A stretch of 64,000 bases of DNA, filler included, from Perkinsus olseni (lineage: Eukaryota), in the NCBI GenBank assembly GCA_013115125.1. It is 5 parts of 5 records of this genome, joined end to end, with 100 filler letters (N's around TTAATTAATTAA, not from the genome) between each part and the next. Parts side by side here need not be neighbours in the genome. Positions count along the whole stretch, not along the records: positions 13,333 to 26,487 come from JABANN010000769.1; positions 26,588 to 39,741 come from JABANN010000770.1; 3 more parts are not named here. One strand, 5' to 3'. A program made the translations under genes and the position numbers. Under the pieces are notes generated by a model. The model was not told the origin of the DNA, ran no database searches, and worked only from the letters and a program-made list of their open reading frames with translations. Positions 23,550-36,500 of this stretch are shown here, one piece after another. Numbering within the stretch: the stretch's first letter is position 1; every line of letters begins with the position of its first letter.

Positions 23550-25060
23550 GTGTGAAGCCTACGACTGAGTTCGGTCCAATTTTCTACAGTATCGATCACA
23601 ACGGAAAAAAACAAGTTGCTCACGCTTTTCTAGGATTACGACCTGCAATAAGTCACGACAAAAAGCTTCGTCCCGCTGTCCTATTCATTCAGTTTCTCTT
23701 TTCTACACTTATGTTCATCGGAGTTATTTTTCTGTTTGATTAACACTGTAGGTTCCCGACCCGACCACCCACCAATCGTAATAACAGTGATGAATGCCGC
23801 TGTTTCTTCACGATGCAGCCGCTGTGTGGCGTGCAGATCTTCGCATATCTTTTCATGCCTGAATAAAACAGGTACATAAGATACCACTCAGGAATCTTAT
23901 CTCCTGATACAAGCTCGGCCAGGCCGGTGAAAATTTCCCGATTTTCACAACGCATTCTTCTCACCTCTGCACGACCTGCCGGGCATTCCTTAGCCACAAC
24001 TTTTCCTTAACAAGCTGGCGCTTCGCCTCAGCCTCCCTAAAATCGATCATTTGGGCGAACGAGATCGTCACGACTATGAGGAATCGAGTTAAACTCTCGT
24101 ACTCCCCTTCCTCGGTCGAAAGATATTCTGCTTCCGTTATTTCCCCATCGTCAGCACCCTTGACTTCTCCTTCCTTCAACCTAGGGTATGCGATGCAAGC
24201 ATGAATGAGGACAAAGCGGACGCGCTCGCCCGAGTGATCGATTTCCACTCTTTCGCACTGAATCGGATTCTTCCGATTCATGATGGGTTAGCCGTTTAAT
24301 AAGTGGACGAGTGGAAGCATGTGCGATAAATTCTCAGAAGCAGGTCGCGAGTTCGATCCCCACTGGCAGCAATTTTACAACAATTATTCCTGTACAGTCG
24401 AAACTAATAGCACACACTCCGTCCCGCAGTCGTCCCACCTCTCCCGCAAACCCAAAATCTTCTCCTCTAGCCGATGGACCTCCTGTCGTAGACACCGCAG
24501 AGCGCTGCTCCCACTTCCATCGAACGTATCTTAGGTCGAAGAGAGGCTATCAGTGATAGCCTATCACACTCTCAAAAGATTCCGCTACCTTTCTCAGTAT
24601 TCCGCCCTTGACGGACGTGAGCAACTCCTGTCGATGCGGCAATCGGCGTGAGAAGACTGAGCAACTGGTTATCTCTGAATCTCCTCTTGGGACTCTGGAG
24701 CCTTAGCGGAGCGAAACGATTCATGTTTCGCATATTCGTCAACCTCTACCCACCCGAGGGAAGCGACGTTTTCTTCACTTTTGACCACCTCCGTCGGTAA
24801 ACCAAACATTGCATACATCGATGCTTGCTTCGTAGCGATCTGACCAGAACGTTTTAACCCGAGTTAAAACAACACAAATGACCCCACATCAAGGCGTGGT
24901 GTGTTCACTGGTGTAGTAACTTCAGCAACGGCGTGATGGCCTGAACAAAACGACTTGAAAATCTTCGGCGAGCACGGCTTACTGCTGTTTGCTCCGCTCG
25001 ATCCGACTTCTGATCGTCTATCTTCTATCGTGGGCTCGCACCCAGAGCACGATTCCTCCA
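23550..25060 (-). mobile_element. Possible highly decayed LTR pol (RNase H-integrase) remnant
   Basis: In order on the minus strand: SG*NVLVRSLR (cf. G.N.vAD.LSR), NVWFTDGGG, VVQR*EEC (integrase CxxC) and GREPTVLI. All are interrupted. Confidence 0.3.
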
Positions 25061-25074
25061 TAGCGAGCTCGAGA

Positions 25075-25147
25075 ACTCCTCTTAGCTAAGCATGGAGCAC
25101 GTACCATATCCACCACGGGAGTCGCAGGTTCAATCCCAACAAGGAGT
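25075..25147 (+). pseudogene. Degenerate tRNA-like sequence
   Basis: ACTCCT...AGGAGT ends can pair; TAGCTAAG is A-box-like and GGTTCAATCCC B-box-like at tRNA spacing; internal stems are poor. Confidence 0.4.
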
Positions 25148-25313
25148 ATCCTCTCACCAATTTTTCCGCCAGGTCTTCATGAAGCCGATCGTAATCTGAC
25201 ACCAACACTGCCTTCTGCAAAACGCTCGTTCGATTGACTCACCTTCAGTATTCGATAGAACACTCTCTTCCCCGTCACTCGGTGTAGCCTCGCGCCTGAG
25301 AGCACGAATAAAA

Positions 25314-25343
25314 TGTCGCCCGCCGGGATCGAACCCGCGATCT
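25314..25343 (-). pseudogene. tRNA 3' fragment followed by TTTT
   Basis: Minus strand GATCGCGGGTTCGATCCCGGCGGGCGACA-TTTT; no recognisable D arm or anticodon arm upstream. Confidence 0.5.
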
Positions 25344-25847
25344 ATTCACCGCCTGCCCAGCAGTCTCTGAGATTACCCCGTGGGAGAACAAGCCTCAACT
25401 GAACGATCATCAGCAACCTTAAGATTCATCTCCTCAGAGACCTGTGAGAGAAACTCCCGCCGCCAAAAAGCGCATGAACTCACTGAAGACTCCGAGTGGA
25501 TAGATTCAGTCGCTGTCTGGCAACCTGAGCGGGAGAACAATGATCCCAACCGTAGTTGTGAACTGGGACGACTCACCCGGAAAGCTTGCAGGGGCCTCCT
25601 CACAATCGATCAGTTCCCTGAGGCAGGTAAATATTAGTCAACATCCACCTTGCCGCAAAACTTACTCCGAATTTCGGCACACCGCCGCGACTACATCTTC
25701 CGCAACTTGGGAGAACACCTGAGAAGGAAGTTTCGGCCATTCAGAAATATCCTTCTCTATTCCCGTATCGAAATTCTACCATTCTCAATCGATGAGAATA
25801 TCCCTTATAAAATGTATTGTTATGGAATTCCAAGAACGAGAGCCAAA

Positions 25848-25920
25848 AGCCTTCTGCCGGAGTTGAACCGACGACCTCCCGCTTACTAAGCGGGTGCTCT
25901 ACCAACTAAGCTAAGAAGGC
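25848..25920 (-). tRNA. tRNA-Thr(AGT)
   Basis: GCCTTCT TAGCTTAGTTGGTAGAGC A CCCGC TTAGTAA GCGGG AGGTC GTCGG TTCAACT CCGGC AGAAGGC T: a full 73-nt cloverleaf followed by a T run. Confidence 0.95.
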
Positions 25921-26487
25921 TGATAACAAATACCGGCCCACGCGTGAGATTTCGGCACCAGCCAAGAAGGACACACCCACCCTTAAACCTCACTGGAGAG
26001 CAGGAAGCGTTGGATGATACCGACGCGACTGACGAGGCCGGTGAGACCAGGCCTTCGTCGTGCGGCTCGCTGAAGATGGAGTGACTCGATGAACTCTCCG
26101 CTCTGCTTATTGAATCCTCAAATTCGTCACGCGCCTGAAAATTACCAACAATGCCGACTGCGGAAACGCCCAACTCGACCTGCTCGTGAACGCACAATTC
26201 CGGAAATTAACGACTCACGAATAAGTTAACGTCTTAAAAATTTCAAGTTAAAATTATCGCCGGAAATTTTTTCGTACCGGAAAAGACCTCCACATTTTCA
26301 GAGGAAAGCGAGGCATTCACTGGCGGCATTCGAGAATGATTCCAAACCTCAGACGATCTTTCCGGAATTTTCTGTATCTTCACACCCCCAACCTCACCAT
26401 CAAAGTCGCGCTCGAAAAGATATCTGCGACGAACTCGGCAGCAATGAGGGAATCTTTCGACATTCAAGTACAACATAAATGAGGTTG

Positions 26488-26587
26488 NNNNNNNNNNNNN
26501 NNNNNNNNNNNNNNNNNNNNNNNNNNNNNNNTTAATTAATTAANNNNNNNNNNNNNNNNNNNNNNNNNNNNNNNNNNNNNNNNNNNN
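26488..26587. other. Artificial contig linker
   Basis: 44 N + TTAATTAATTAA + 44 N. Confidence 0.98.
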
Positions 26588-28024
26588 TCGCATTGGTTGT
26601 GCGCCGGAAGCCTTTCATGCCTTCAGTTCTAACGTTGAGCCGTTATTGTCGAGTTAGCTCGGCGCTTGATGACAACATGCTGCCAATGCAGCGTTCACCA
26701 GCTAACGGCTATCCCGCTACCTCCAGATCCCCAATTAATGAGATAAAACGGTAAACACGGGGGATTGGGAGGAGGGTCCGAACACGAGACCCGGATAGGG
26801 TGATGCTCTGCCCGATCACTGAAATCCTGAGCTCGTGCGGACCAAGCATGCAAGCTGCCTATGAACGACTAGTGATCGAAGGCAGGTGTCATGCTCTCCC
26901 CGTATTCTGGTAAAAAAATTGACTGGGCATCAGACGGCTGCCTACATTGCATCGTCCTGATTACGTAGGGTCGTAGCTTAGCTGTTCGATTGACGCCCGC
27001 GCCCCTGGAGATGTTGTGCAGGCTGTCCCCCGTAAGAGGTTTTACCCGCATCGAACCCTACGGGTTCAACTGAGAACAATCGGTAGCGAGTTCCTACTAT
27101 TGTGGTGCGCGACTTTGGCGCAGTAGGTAGCGCATACAGTACGCGCAATTTAAAGAGACACTTTCGTGTCACAGGCACAACTTTTTACCTAGATCTCATA
27201 TGGACCCAGAATTGTGAGCTCTTCTAACATTTTTATAGTGTTTAAACACGTCACGGATCGAATTGTCGAACAAAAAATTTTTGGTGCATTTCCCAGCCCG
27301 AGGCGCTCATTGTCAATCGTGGAGATATGATATAGCTCATCTTGCATCGTTCTGACATCTAATGAACATCGTGGAAAAGTGCCCAAACAACCAAGCCAAT
27401 CACATCGTGGGACGCAGAAGGAAGCTGCATCTCGTGCCCCCATGAGAGTTCCACAGTCGAGCTAGCAGCGGATGTGGTTGCCTGGCAGGAGAACGCAAAC
27501 GCCCATAATATTGTAGTCTTTGCTATGAAACTCTGATCATCAGAGTCTGATGATAAGCGGAGGATCCATCTGGTGGGAAGGCTTCCTGCCAGACTTGCCA
27601 GGGAAGCTGGGACCTGCCAGAGCGTCCTTTTCACCCCGTGGTTTCCTATTCCCTCAGCCTGTGGGGGGAAGGTCACTGATGCGCTAGGTATGGACCATAC
27701 CGTATGGTGCTCGTGATACGAAGCCTATACAGCTGAGCGAAGCCTCAGGAAATGAGAAAATTGGTCGAATGCCTGACGCATTCGCTAACTCACTGTGCAT
27801 ATCGGCGGATGGTTCCGTTGATTCAGTGGGAGATTAATAAAGCACACTCTCGGCACGGTTCGCTGGACGGCACGAGCTTTCTCTCATCATGAGAGTCTCA
27901 TGCCATTCTATGCTTCCTTCTTCCTTCCGATTTTTGCTTTACTTTCTGCATCTTCAAATATGTTAAGGATTTTGAGGGGTCCCTGCGGATAACCCCCGTG
28001 TGCCACTAATAACTCAACCCTGCT

Positions 28025-29185
28025 TCAGCAGCGAGAGTAATTCCAATCGTTGTGAAGCCATGCACCAACGTCAGCTTCTATGAATTTCTTCAGGTCTTCA
28101 CTCCACTGATACTGGTGTACAAAGCTCAGCGGCGTGCGCCCCGCCAGCGGCCCAGTGCTTTGAAGCCAACCGCTGGAAGATGTTCTCCACGAACGCCATC
28201 CCGAAACGTTCGTCTTCACCATCGTGCCAAAAGTCCCATCTTCGAAAAGATGGAACGGAATATCCAACATTGAAATAACTATATTCACGTAGTGCTGATC
28301 AGCCTGCCAGAAATCGCACTCATTCGCCTTGGCAACGACACTCCTACATAGAGCTTGAAGATGAGCAGCAGAGCCGAGGAGAACCCCGCCATTGGCATAC
28401 CCTCCGCGGCGCTTCTCCATAACATACTCTCGCTGCTTTTGGGATAAACAGTGTGAGATTTCCCTGGTCTTTTTTACAAAAAACTTCGCCATACGGTCAT
28501 TCCGTGGCTCAGAAAAGAGGCAAACCTTTTCGCGGCAAGGCTGACCCAACCGAGTGGATATAGAGAAGGGGTCAGCTTGGAAGTAGACGTCTTTCCCATC
28601 TGCTATTAGTAGCCGATCGTACGAGTCTCCGACGCGTGACATAACTTCATCGTACCAAACATGCCGAAGAGCGTTACCGGTGAACTTGCCTTTCTGTTGG
28701 TAATCATAGTGATGCACATTCCCATAAGAAAAGAGGGGCAGTTGCTTGCAGTCTTGCTGGATTCTACACTGGTACGGGCCGAGACCGACGAACTCGAACT
28801 TAAGCCCCAGTCGATCTTTGAGCTCACTCAGGCCTCCAACATAGTCTCTCGAAGGAGCGATCACAATGATGTCATCGTCGGAGTTCGATCGTCTAAAGGA
28901 AGCTAAAGTTACGCGGCAGCCGCTGAGCATCGACGTCTTGCCAGGTTTATCGAAGCAGATCACCAGGAGAGCATTACGCCCACCGTAATCCGCGGGACCG
29001 TTCGAACGTGTCGGGACGCCCTGGTTAAGCCCGACTTCTAATCGACCAACTTTCACCGGCGCTGATAACGTAACGGGGTGATCAGTAGTGAATAGAATAG
29101 TTAGAACAGTGCCAATGAAGATAATTGAATATCCTGCCAGCCTCGCCGTTGCTGAGCCGAAACTCGCCATACACGTAATGGACAC
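28025..29185 (-). CDS. Type II membrane GT-A fold glycosyltransferase-like protein, intronless
   Basis: 386-aa ORF with N-terminal TM segment, YDRLLIADGKDVYFQADPF (DxxD), NGGVLLGS, DQHYVN and FVHQY motifs. Confidence 0.75.
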   Translation of the reverse strand: MSITCMASFGSATARLAGYSIIFIGTVLTILFTTDHPVTLSAPVKVGRLEVGLNQGVPTRSNGPADYGGRNALLVICFDKPGKTSMLSGCRVTLASFRRSNSDDDIIVIAPSRDYVGGLSELKDRLGLKFEFVGLGPYQCRIQQDCKQLPLFSYGNVHHYDYQQKGKFTGNALRHVWYDEVMSRVGDSYDRLLIADGKDVYFQADPFSISTRLGQPCREKVCLFSEPRNDRMAKFFVKKTREISHCLSQKQREYVMEKRRGGYANGGVLLGSAAHLQALCRSVVAKANECDFWQADQHYVNIVISMLDIPFHLFEDGTFGTMVKTNVSGWRSWRTSSSGWLQSTGPLAGRTPLSFVHQYQWSEDLKKFIEADVGAWLHNDWNYSRC

Positions 29186-29686
29186 AGAACCCTGTGAGCG
29201 ATAGAGTTAGGTTGAAGGTTTGAATCATCGCTCAGATCCTTTGCGTCGTGATACTCGCTCCTGCTGGAAACGGCGCAGTGAATCACAAGGTGCAAGTTGG
29301 GTCGCACTTTGCACCGGTTGAACCAGCGCCCCTCTCACCGAAAAGACGTTAGCGCGGACTAAGGACTCAGCTATTCTGATCGAGGCTAGCTATTAGAACG
29401 CAAAACTATGACAATGACCCGGGCAAGGACTCGGGCTAGAATAACTGCCGCGCTCTTTACACACTTACATGGAGAACACGGAAGGTTGAATGAGATCGAT
29501 TGACTCAACACGAGACTCTTATCAGGCTACGAAGTTGGCGTTAAGCTCTCTAATTCTGCTCGAACTTCATCGTCCGCGACTTCCGGTAGAGGCACTTCAT
29601 TGAGTAATCTCAAATACATCTCATGACCTGACAACGACCGATTGAGCTACCGTATCCCAAAAATACTATCTGTATGAACTAAATAG

Positions 29687-30529
29687 TTATCTCAGTCTAG
29701 CAGCTAGACTGCTAGATTCTAGCTCCGCGTGAGCCTCGCGCCCCGAGGCCGTTCCCCTCCCCAGTAGGAGTTCCCTACCGAAAGCATCAATGCATTCTTG
29801 TCGTAACACAGTATTCTTTCCCCTCAATTTGCCGAGCACTTGCTCAACTTCAGTGCACAACTTCTTCACTTCGTGCTCATCGAACAGCTTCGGGTCGACA
29901 CCACTGGAGGCATGCCTAGGAATTTCCCCGCTCGCCTTGACTTTGCCCGGCGGCCTCTCATCAAACTGCGGTGAGAAAGGGCAAAGTGGGAAGTTCTTTA
30001 GTGCTCATGAACGCGTTGCGATGATCACTCACTCTTTTCCCGGCAGACTGCTGTAACGACCACTGTATGAGTTTACTTATGGCGATCTCATTTGACATCC
30101 CGAGGGGGACATTTTTGATCAGCACCAACTTCCCCACAGGCAACTCAGAAGTAACCGCAAGAAGGAGGCCATCGCGGCTACGCTCCAGTTCGACCCCGTC
30201 ACCCGACTTGATAATTTCTATCAACCGCGCGACCGTATCTGAGCGAGTAGAGAAGTCGAGATGAACCACTCGCGCACTCGGAAGATTTTCATGCTACTGA
30301 GCATCCGACACTTGCCTTTGTCCCAGGTAATGCTATCCAGAAGATTCCTACGGTCAACCGATCCCATCCAGGCTTCCCTCATCAGCTTGTCAACGACGAT
30401 GCAATCGAAACATGCCGTTTCTTCCGGCGACAGCATCTCATTCTGTGCTGGCCATCGTGTGATCATAGGGAGTGGCCTCGAAGACCCCGGGAGGCCAACC
30501 TCGGTCACCAAAAATGTCGAGCAGGGCAT
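29687..30529 (-). mobile_element. Possible decayed non-LTR ORF1 remnant
   Basis: Three overlapping broken frames; KLVLIKNVPLGMSNE resembles the vviknvP..s.e motif of LINE ORF1. Confidence 0.3.
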
Positions 30530-33500
30530 GTAGTATAATGTATAATGTTCAAGAACTCAGCTGCCAACTGCGAACAACGTGGAAACCGAGACTATTGAGT
30601 TTCCTGGCTGTCATCCTCAGGCGCGTCTAGGCCACCAAACATCCAATCAAATCCATCGAGAGCGGACGCAAAATGTATCACGAAGTGGAAAGCAGTCCAT
30701 GATCGAGATGGGTTCACCGTAACCTCAATTAACCGTGAACCGTTAACGGTAACTTAATTGAAGTCCGTGAATTGTGTAACGAAGCTCCTAGTCATGCTTA
30801 ACAAGTAACCATTCGTTCGTTACCAATCTGAGGAGAGAGCCTAACAGGACCCTTCCCAGCACATATGATCTCACCAGCTTCGACAATCCTGCAGCGACCC
30901 TGTCCCTGTCCCTGGCACTATCCATCACAAAGCTATAGGAGCGACCTGCATCTACTTAACGACCCCTGATTCAGGGGCCCTGAAACTCGGATGCAGCTAC
31001 ATACCGTTGGTTCCAAATACGAGGCAGCGGTCTTCGGGAATGGCGCCCTGCAAGCGACCGAACTCGGAAGAGGAACAGCACGTTCTGATGGTCCGTATGT
31101 TATGCAGAGGTAGTTGACGACGAGCTGAGAAAAAAGAAATTGGAAAAGCGCTCAAGATAAAAGTAAACGCGAATATGCCACAGTGTGATCCTTTTCCTAG
31201 TAACAGCCTCGCCTGAAAACCTGTCACCGAGTATCGGATGCGACGGCTCGTGGGAGCATGAAAAAAAAGGCTGCACAGCGGTAGACTGCCGCACCCACCT
31301 CTTCCTCCCTCCAAGTAGAGGATAGTGTAAGTTTGATTACACGATAGAACACGAGTAGATACCCTGGGTGCCTTCTTTCGATCTACTTTTTGTAATCGTA
31401 ACCCTGCACGACGCAGCCAGTATCTATGCGGTAGTATTGAACACCACTGAAGGAACTCATGCTCTACGTGAAGTTCTCTGAAAATCTTGACAATCTCAAC
31501 CAACTAAGCAGCTCGTCTCTACCAGGTTGAGCATTCAACAACCCTCCACTTATTCTTGAGCGTTTGGTGCATTCCACACGTAGATAAAGGGAGGACGAGT
31601 TGACGCCATGAGATTCCAATCAGCTACTAAGCTTATAAAAATCGGACGGTCGTGAGGTTAAAGAGAGCCCCTGCCATCCATGGGCGCAACACGGGCACCA
31701 TGCGACAGGGGGCGACAGTAACTCACTTAGTCCATGCAAGAGCATCAGCATCCACTGAGGAGACACCCAACGGCATCCATGCGAAAACTGTAGGTTTGAC
31801 GTTCAGGGATCGCATCTCCTCCAGCGCTGCAACCAGAAGGAGTCGCTCATTACGTGAAGAGCTTGGCAGACAGTAGACATAGACTTCATCCGCGTAGTCA
31901 CGAACTCATGGCATGTATACGTAGAGTGGCATACATCACTGAGTAGTTCAAGCGAAGGGAGAATACTTTTGAAGCGATCCTTCAGTTAGCGAGAGCACGT
32001 CAGGAATGCTGCTCAGGATTCGTTTCCAGTCACTTGGCGACCATTCCTACTTCTTATGACACCAGACGGAAGGATGACGTTGTCCAAATCATCCCGGGCT
32101 TGAGCGGATGACGGCGCTGGCTCCAAGGGAGAGCGTACTCTGAACAAAATATCAGTAGGGGTAGAACCAGATTCAGTCGAATGTAGACGCTAAAGTTATC
32201 CACATATCAGTAAGACCGCAAGATGGTCATAAACTCATGTTCAAACAGCTTCGGTACCCAGCATGCCCTATGGCGCACGCATTGAATGGCCTTAAACTCC
32301 AGTATGTTACGTTCGAACAAGCAAAGGGCCTCACATCGCCATGCGTGAGCTAAAATGAGAATGTCACATGTGCCCTGCCCCCAGTAGCAATACCGATAAC
32401 TGGCAGATTACTGACACTCACAGGTCAAGCATCGTCTATTGAGTTTCATTGAATTGCGTAGTGCCACAGCATAGTCCAAGTCCGAGCCTTTCAACAATGA
32501 AACCCAATATCCAGAGGCCGGATCCTCGGTCGCTCACCGTCGTAGATAGGCATTATACTTCCCCTGCCACCCCCCTAGAAGATCTTCGCGAAGATCTCCC
32601 CGGCTCGACTCGTCCTCATCGAAGACGAACACGCAGTCCCTGAGCTCTATTCATGACACCTGGTTACGTTCACTTCCGATTTCCACTTCAGCTTAGCCAG
32701 TCGCTCACGCTGTCGAGACAGTATATCAGCTGTGGTGCTCGAGCCGTCGTGGAATCGAAGTACCTACGCCCCATAGGCTGCGATCCGTGACCTGCAGGGT
32801 ATGAGGAAAGAGTTGGTGATCCGCGACCTATTACTATCTCCTCTAGGAAGGATGTTGGCACATAGTTGGAGACCGCGGCTGCTATAGAACTGTGAAGGTC
32901 GACCTGAAAAGAGTGCGTCGTGAGATTTCCTTAGGGATCCCTTCCCCGAAAGTCGCGCATAATTTAGTAGATTTTAACGATTACACCCACTTCGCTACAG
33001 TGAAGTCCTACTTCTAGCAGAATGAACTTGAAGTAGCTTTCTCTTCACTTCTGAGCCTGATCTAATGTGTACTCAGCGATGCCCTGAATAGGTTTCGAGC
33101 AATTTTCGGGACGCCCAATTCGGATTAATCCAGTCGGTGGGTGGGAACAAGAGGGCCGATGAGCCAACGGTAAAGGCAGGAAAAGTTCCGTGTTGATTCG
33201 ACACTGTTGAACTATGGCAACGTCAAAAAACTTAGTGGTACTGCTACTGCAGTAGTGAGATCTCCTGCGTCGTCACACAAATTGAGTCTTCAATACTCGA
33301 TTAGGTTGCCTTCCGAGCGATATCAGAAAGTACAAGCTAGAAGCTCTTGGACTACAGCAAACAATTTAAATAGACCGCATACAATTGACTGAAAGCTTGT
33401 CCAGTACATTTGCGGATCATCTCACAAGCACTTACAATCGACACGAAAGAGTGGGACTTGTAAGAACGCTCGGGTAACAGCGTCCCATCCCGCAAAAGCG

Positions 33501-36500
33501 CAGAGACGAAAGCGTAGTAGAATAGCACGCAGAGCATGCCGCAGGAGACGAGTATCGCCTGAGCCCAACAACCTATTGATGCCTCATGCATCGATAGTTA
33601 CCCTCACTGGCTGAGTTTCGTGGTTGGGTCGTAGAGCGGTTACAGCAGCCATCATACAGCAGCACATGTGTTCAGAGCGATGCCACTCATCATCTGGAAC
33701 GAATCGAAGGCTTCGAACTGCCGCAAGTCCCCTGAAGTAGCCGGAGTGGCACCCCCGGGGTGCTCGAAGCCTTTTTGTCTTCTCACAGTTGCGGGCATGT
33801 GTTCCACCAGGAACTTGAAACCAGTGCCCGAGCCATCGACTTCGTCCATGGTCGTATCGTCTCGTTGGAGACTATCGTCCCGTTGGAGACAACGACTCTG
33901 GAGCAGATCCAGAGAAGCCCAGTGGTTCTCGATCTGAGAAGTGGAGGAGGAGACCCCTCGTCGGTGGAGTCTTGTCCCGCCTTGAGAAAATAAATATACC
34001 TGGTATATTATACCACCACGGCATCAGTGTTAAAGTAAAGAAGGCCTCAACCAAGTGGAAGCAATGCCTCCGCAGCGGAGAACTGCCCACCGGGAGGCCA
34101 AGCTATTACAGACTCCAACCTAGTTTAGCCCCTCCTGGAAGGAGACCACACTGTCATCTCCTCTAATACGAGGCCAGGGCGATAGGTACGACGATGGTAC
34201 GGCAGTCATGATGAAAGTATGAGCGTTGCGGTTCCCTTCTCGAGAGGCACCGGCTGAAGTAAGGTACTTCAAGTAGCTTTTACAAAGTCTCGGCAGCTCC
34301 TTCACCCAATCATCACGGGCTGGTAGTTTGGTCTCGAATCACAGAACAACTTCGTCTCCCGTCCCAGGCATGGCTAATGCGTATTGGGCATAAACCATCT
34401 TTCAGATATATTGAATCTATTCCTGGTCAACTTTATATCACTGTGTTAGAAAAAGCCAGCAAACCCTGACCGTGAGCAAAGAGCATAGAAAGCAAAGATC
34501 GCCATTTCATATGATTACTTATATTGAGAGAATGATTTTCTTCGCAATATTTCTTCTCTTGCGATCTCGGAGATACGATGCAGATCTCACAGTGCAAGCG
34601 AAGCGATATCCTATGCACGGCAAATTCCTAAATCTCTTCCTCACCTCCGAGTCTCCTAGATTAAGCTCCACGTAGTGTCCGAAGCTATCAATTACTAGCG
34701 TGAGGACCTTCTCTCCCGGAGTTTCCCTGCACCGAGAAATCTCGGCGGGCCGTGTCATGTTCTGAGATGGTAGATGAATAACAAGAACTAGATTCATGAC
34801 ACAACGATACTGAGCCGCCCTATCAGAGCCACTTGAGAGCAGGTGAGCGACATACAGCTGCGCTATAGACTCTATAGTATACCTCTATAGAACCCGAACC
34901 CGAACTCTATAGTATAGAGCCTATGCCGCGAACTATGCCTTGGAAGTTCCGAGTTGAAATTGAGTAACCGGCTGTACGGCCCGCAGATGAGCAACTTCAA
35001 AATCGCCTCAATCCCCACCTCGATTACCCCTACATGAATCCTTGACCCACGGTCCCTGATGACTCATCAGAGCTGCTGATGAGCTGTTACCACCGTAACG
35101 TGACGACACAGAATTCATCCGCCGAGATAATCATTCAGTCCGTTTGATGATATCCCATACTCCTTCACTGAACCGAATCTACTCAGTAGATCCTACGGTC
35201 CGCCGAAGGGATAACAACCTCTTTACTGTGCCGGGCGCACGTACCTTGACCAACCCAACCCATGTGATGGTGCAAGAGAGTAATTGTACAGGAACACGAA
35301 ATACTACGAACTCTTCTCGGTCGACTTCGCCGCCTCGCCACTCACGCTCGGCGTGGGAGTGACGGTCTCCGATTCTGCAGCTGACTGAGGTGGCGTATAA
35401 CTGGGTGCGTTGGTCTCCGAAAGCAAGAGCACTTCAGTGAAAATACGTCCACGCTCCGTTCTGGAATATACCCGGCGGAAGAACTCCTGAAAAGTCAGCC
35501 ATTCAAAATCAACGAAACCTCACTCGGGACGAGAGCACACCGAAGCCAAGGGGAGCCTCCTCGTGCACTCTAGTGCGGCCATTCGGATGCGATGAAAAAT
35601 TGAACGCAACGATACCGATTCGACTATCTCAGATGAGATCCGGATAGCGCATGAGCCCACCTCGCATTCCCCCGCTGTCTTAGTGGCGATCTCACGAGAT
35701 ATTTCGCTCCACCCGTTCAATCCATACCGAGCCAGCGCTGTCTCAAAGACTGCAATCTCGTAGGGGCCCCAACAATCAATAACCTAATCGAAAAATGTTT
35801 CCCACAATGATAACACGTTAACGTCTGCCGACCTCAGGCTGACGGCACGCCGACGTCAGTAGGGCTAGTGTTGAGAAGGATCGGTTGTAGTCCCGATTGG
35901 GCAGCCGAGTCCTCCCTGACGACACCTTAGACTTCTGCTTATACAAGTTCAGCAGGGCTCTATCGAACTCCTTCCCAGGCGGATCCTCCGTATCTGGTTC
36001 ATCAGGGTCGTCCATCACATACCTGACACTTGAGTATTGGAGCGAGCCTGGACTCCTAAGGCCACGAATTCGTAGAGCTTTCGAATGTTATCAGCTTCGT
36101 GCAGCAGCTCTCACTTATCATAGAGAAAGCTCTGGCTTTTAGAAATTCTTCTGTGGGCAAACACTAACTTCGGCAGCGATTCCGTACATCAAGAACACTA
36201 GGCCTGGGCCCCTTTGGCCTGAGCCGATCCACGCGATACAAGCCGACTAAATTCCCAGCAACGATTTCCATATTTTCAATAGTTATCACGCCTGGCCGTA
36301 CCCCGACGGTCTCCAGAGTCCACGCATGATAAGCTATCCCGCCCTACCGATAACAAAGGTCCTTGAAAGGGTTCTTCGACCCCGAGCTCCCATCAGACCC
36401 GAAGTACATGCTGCACGCCAAACCGAAATATCGATCGAGTTTCTGAGGCAAGGGAACTGAGGACAGCCCATCTTATATCGCTCGTGTGGCACGTAAACAT

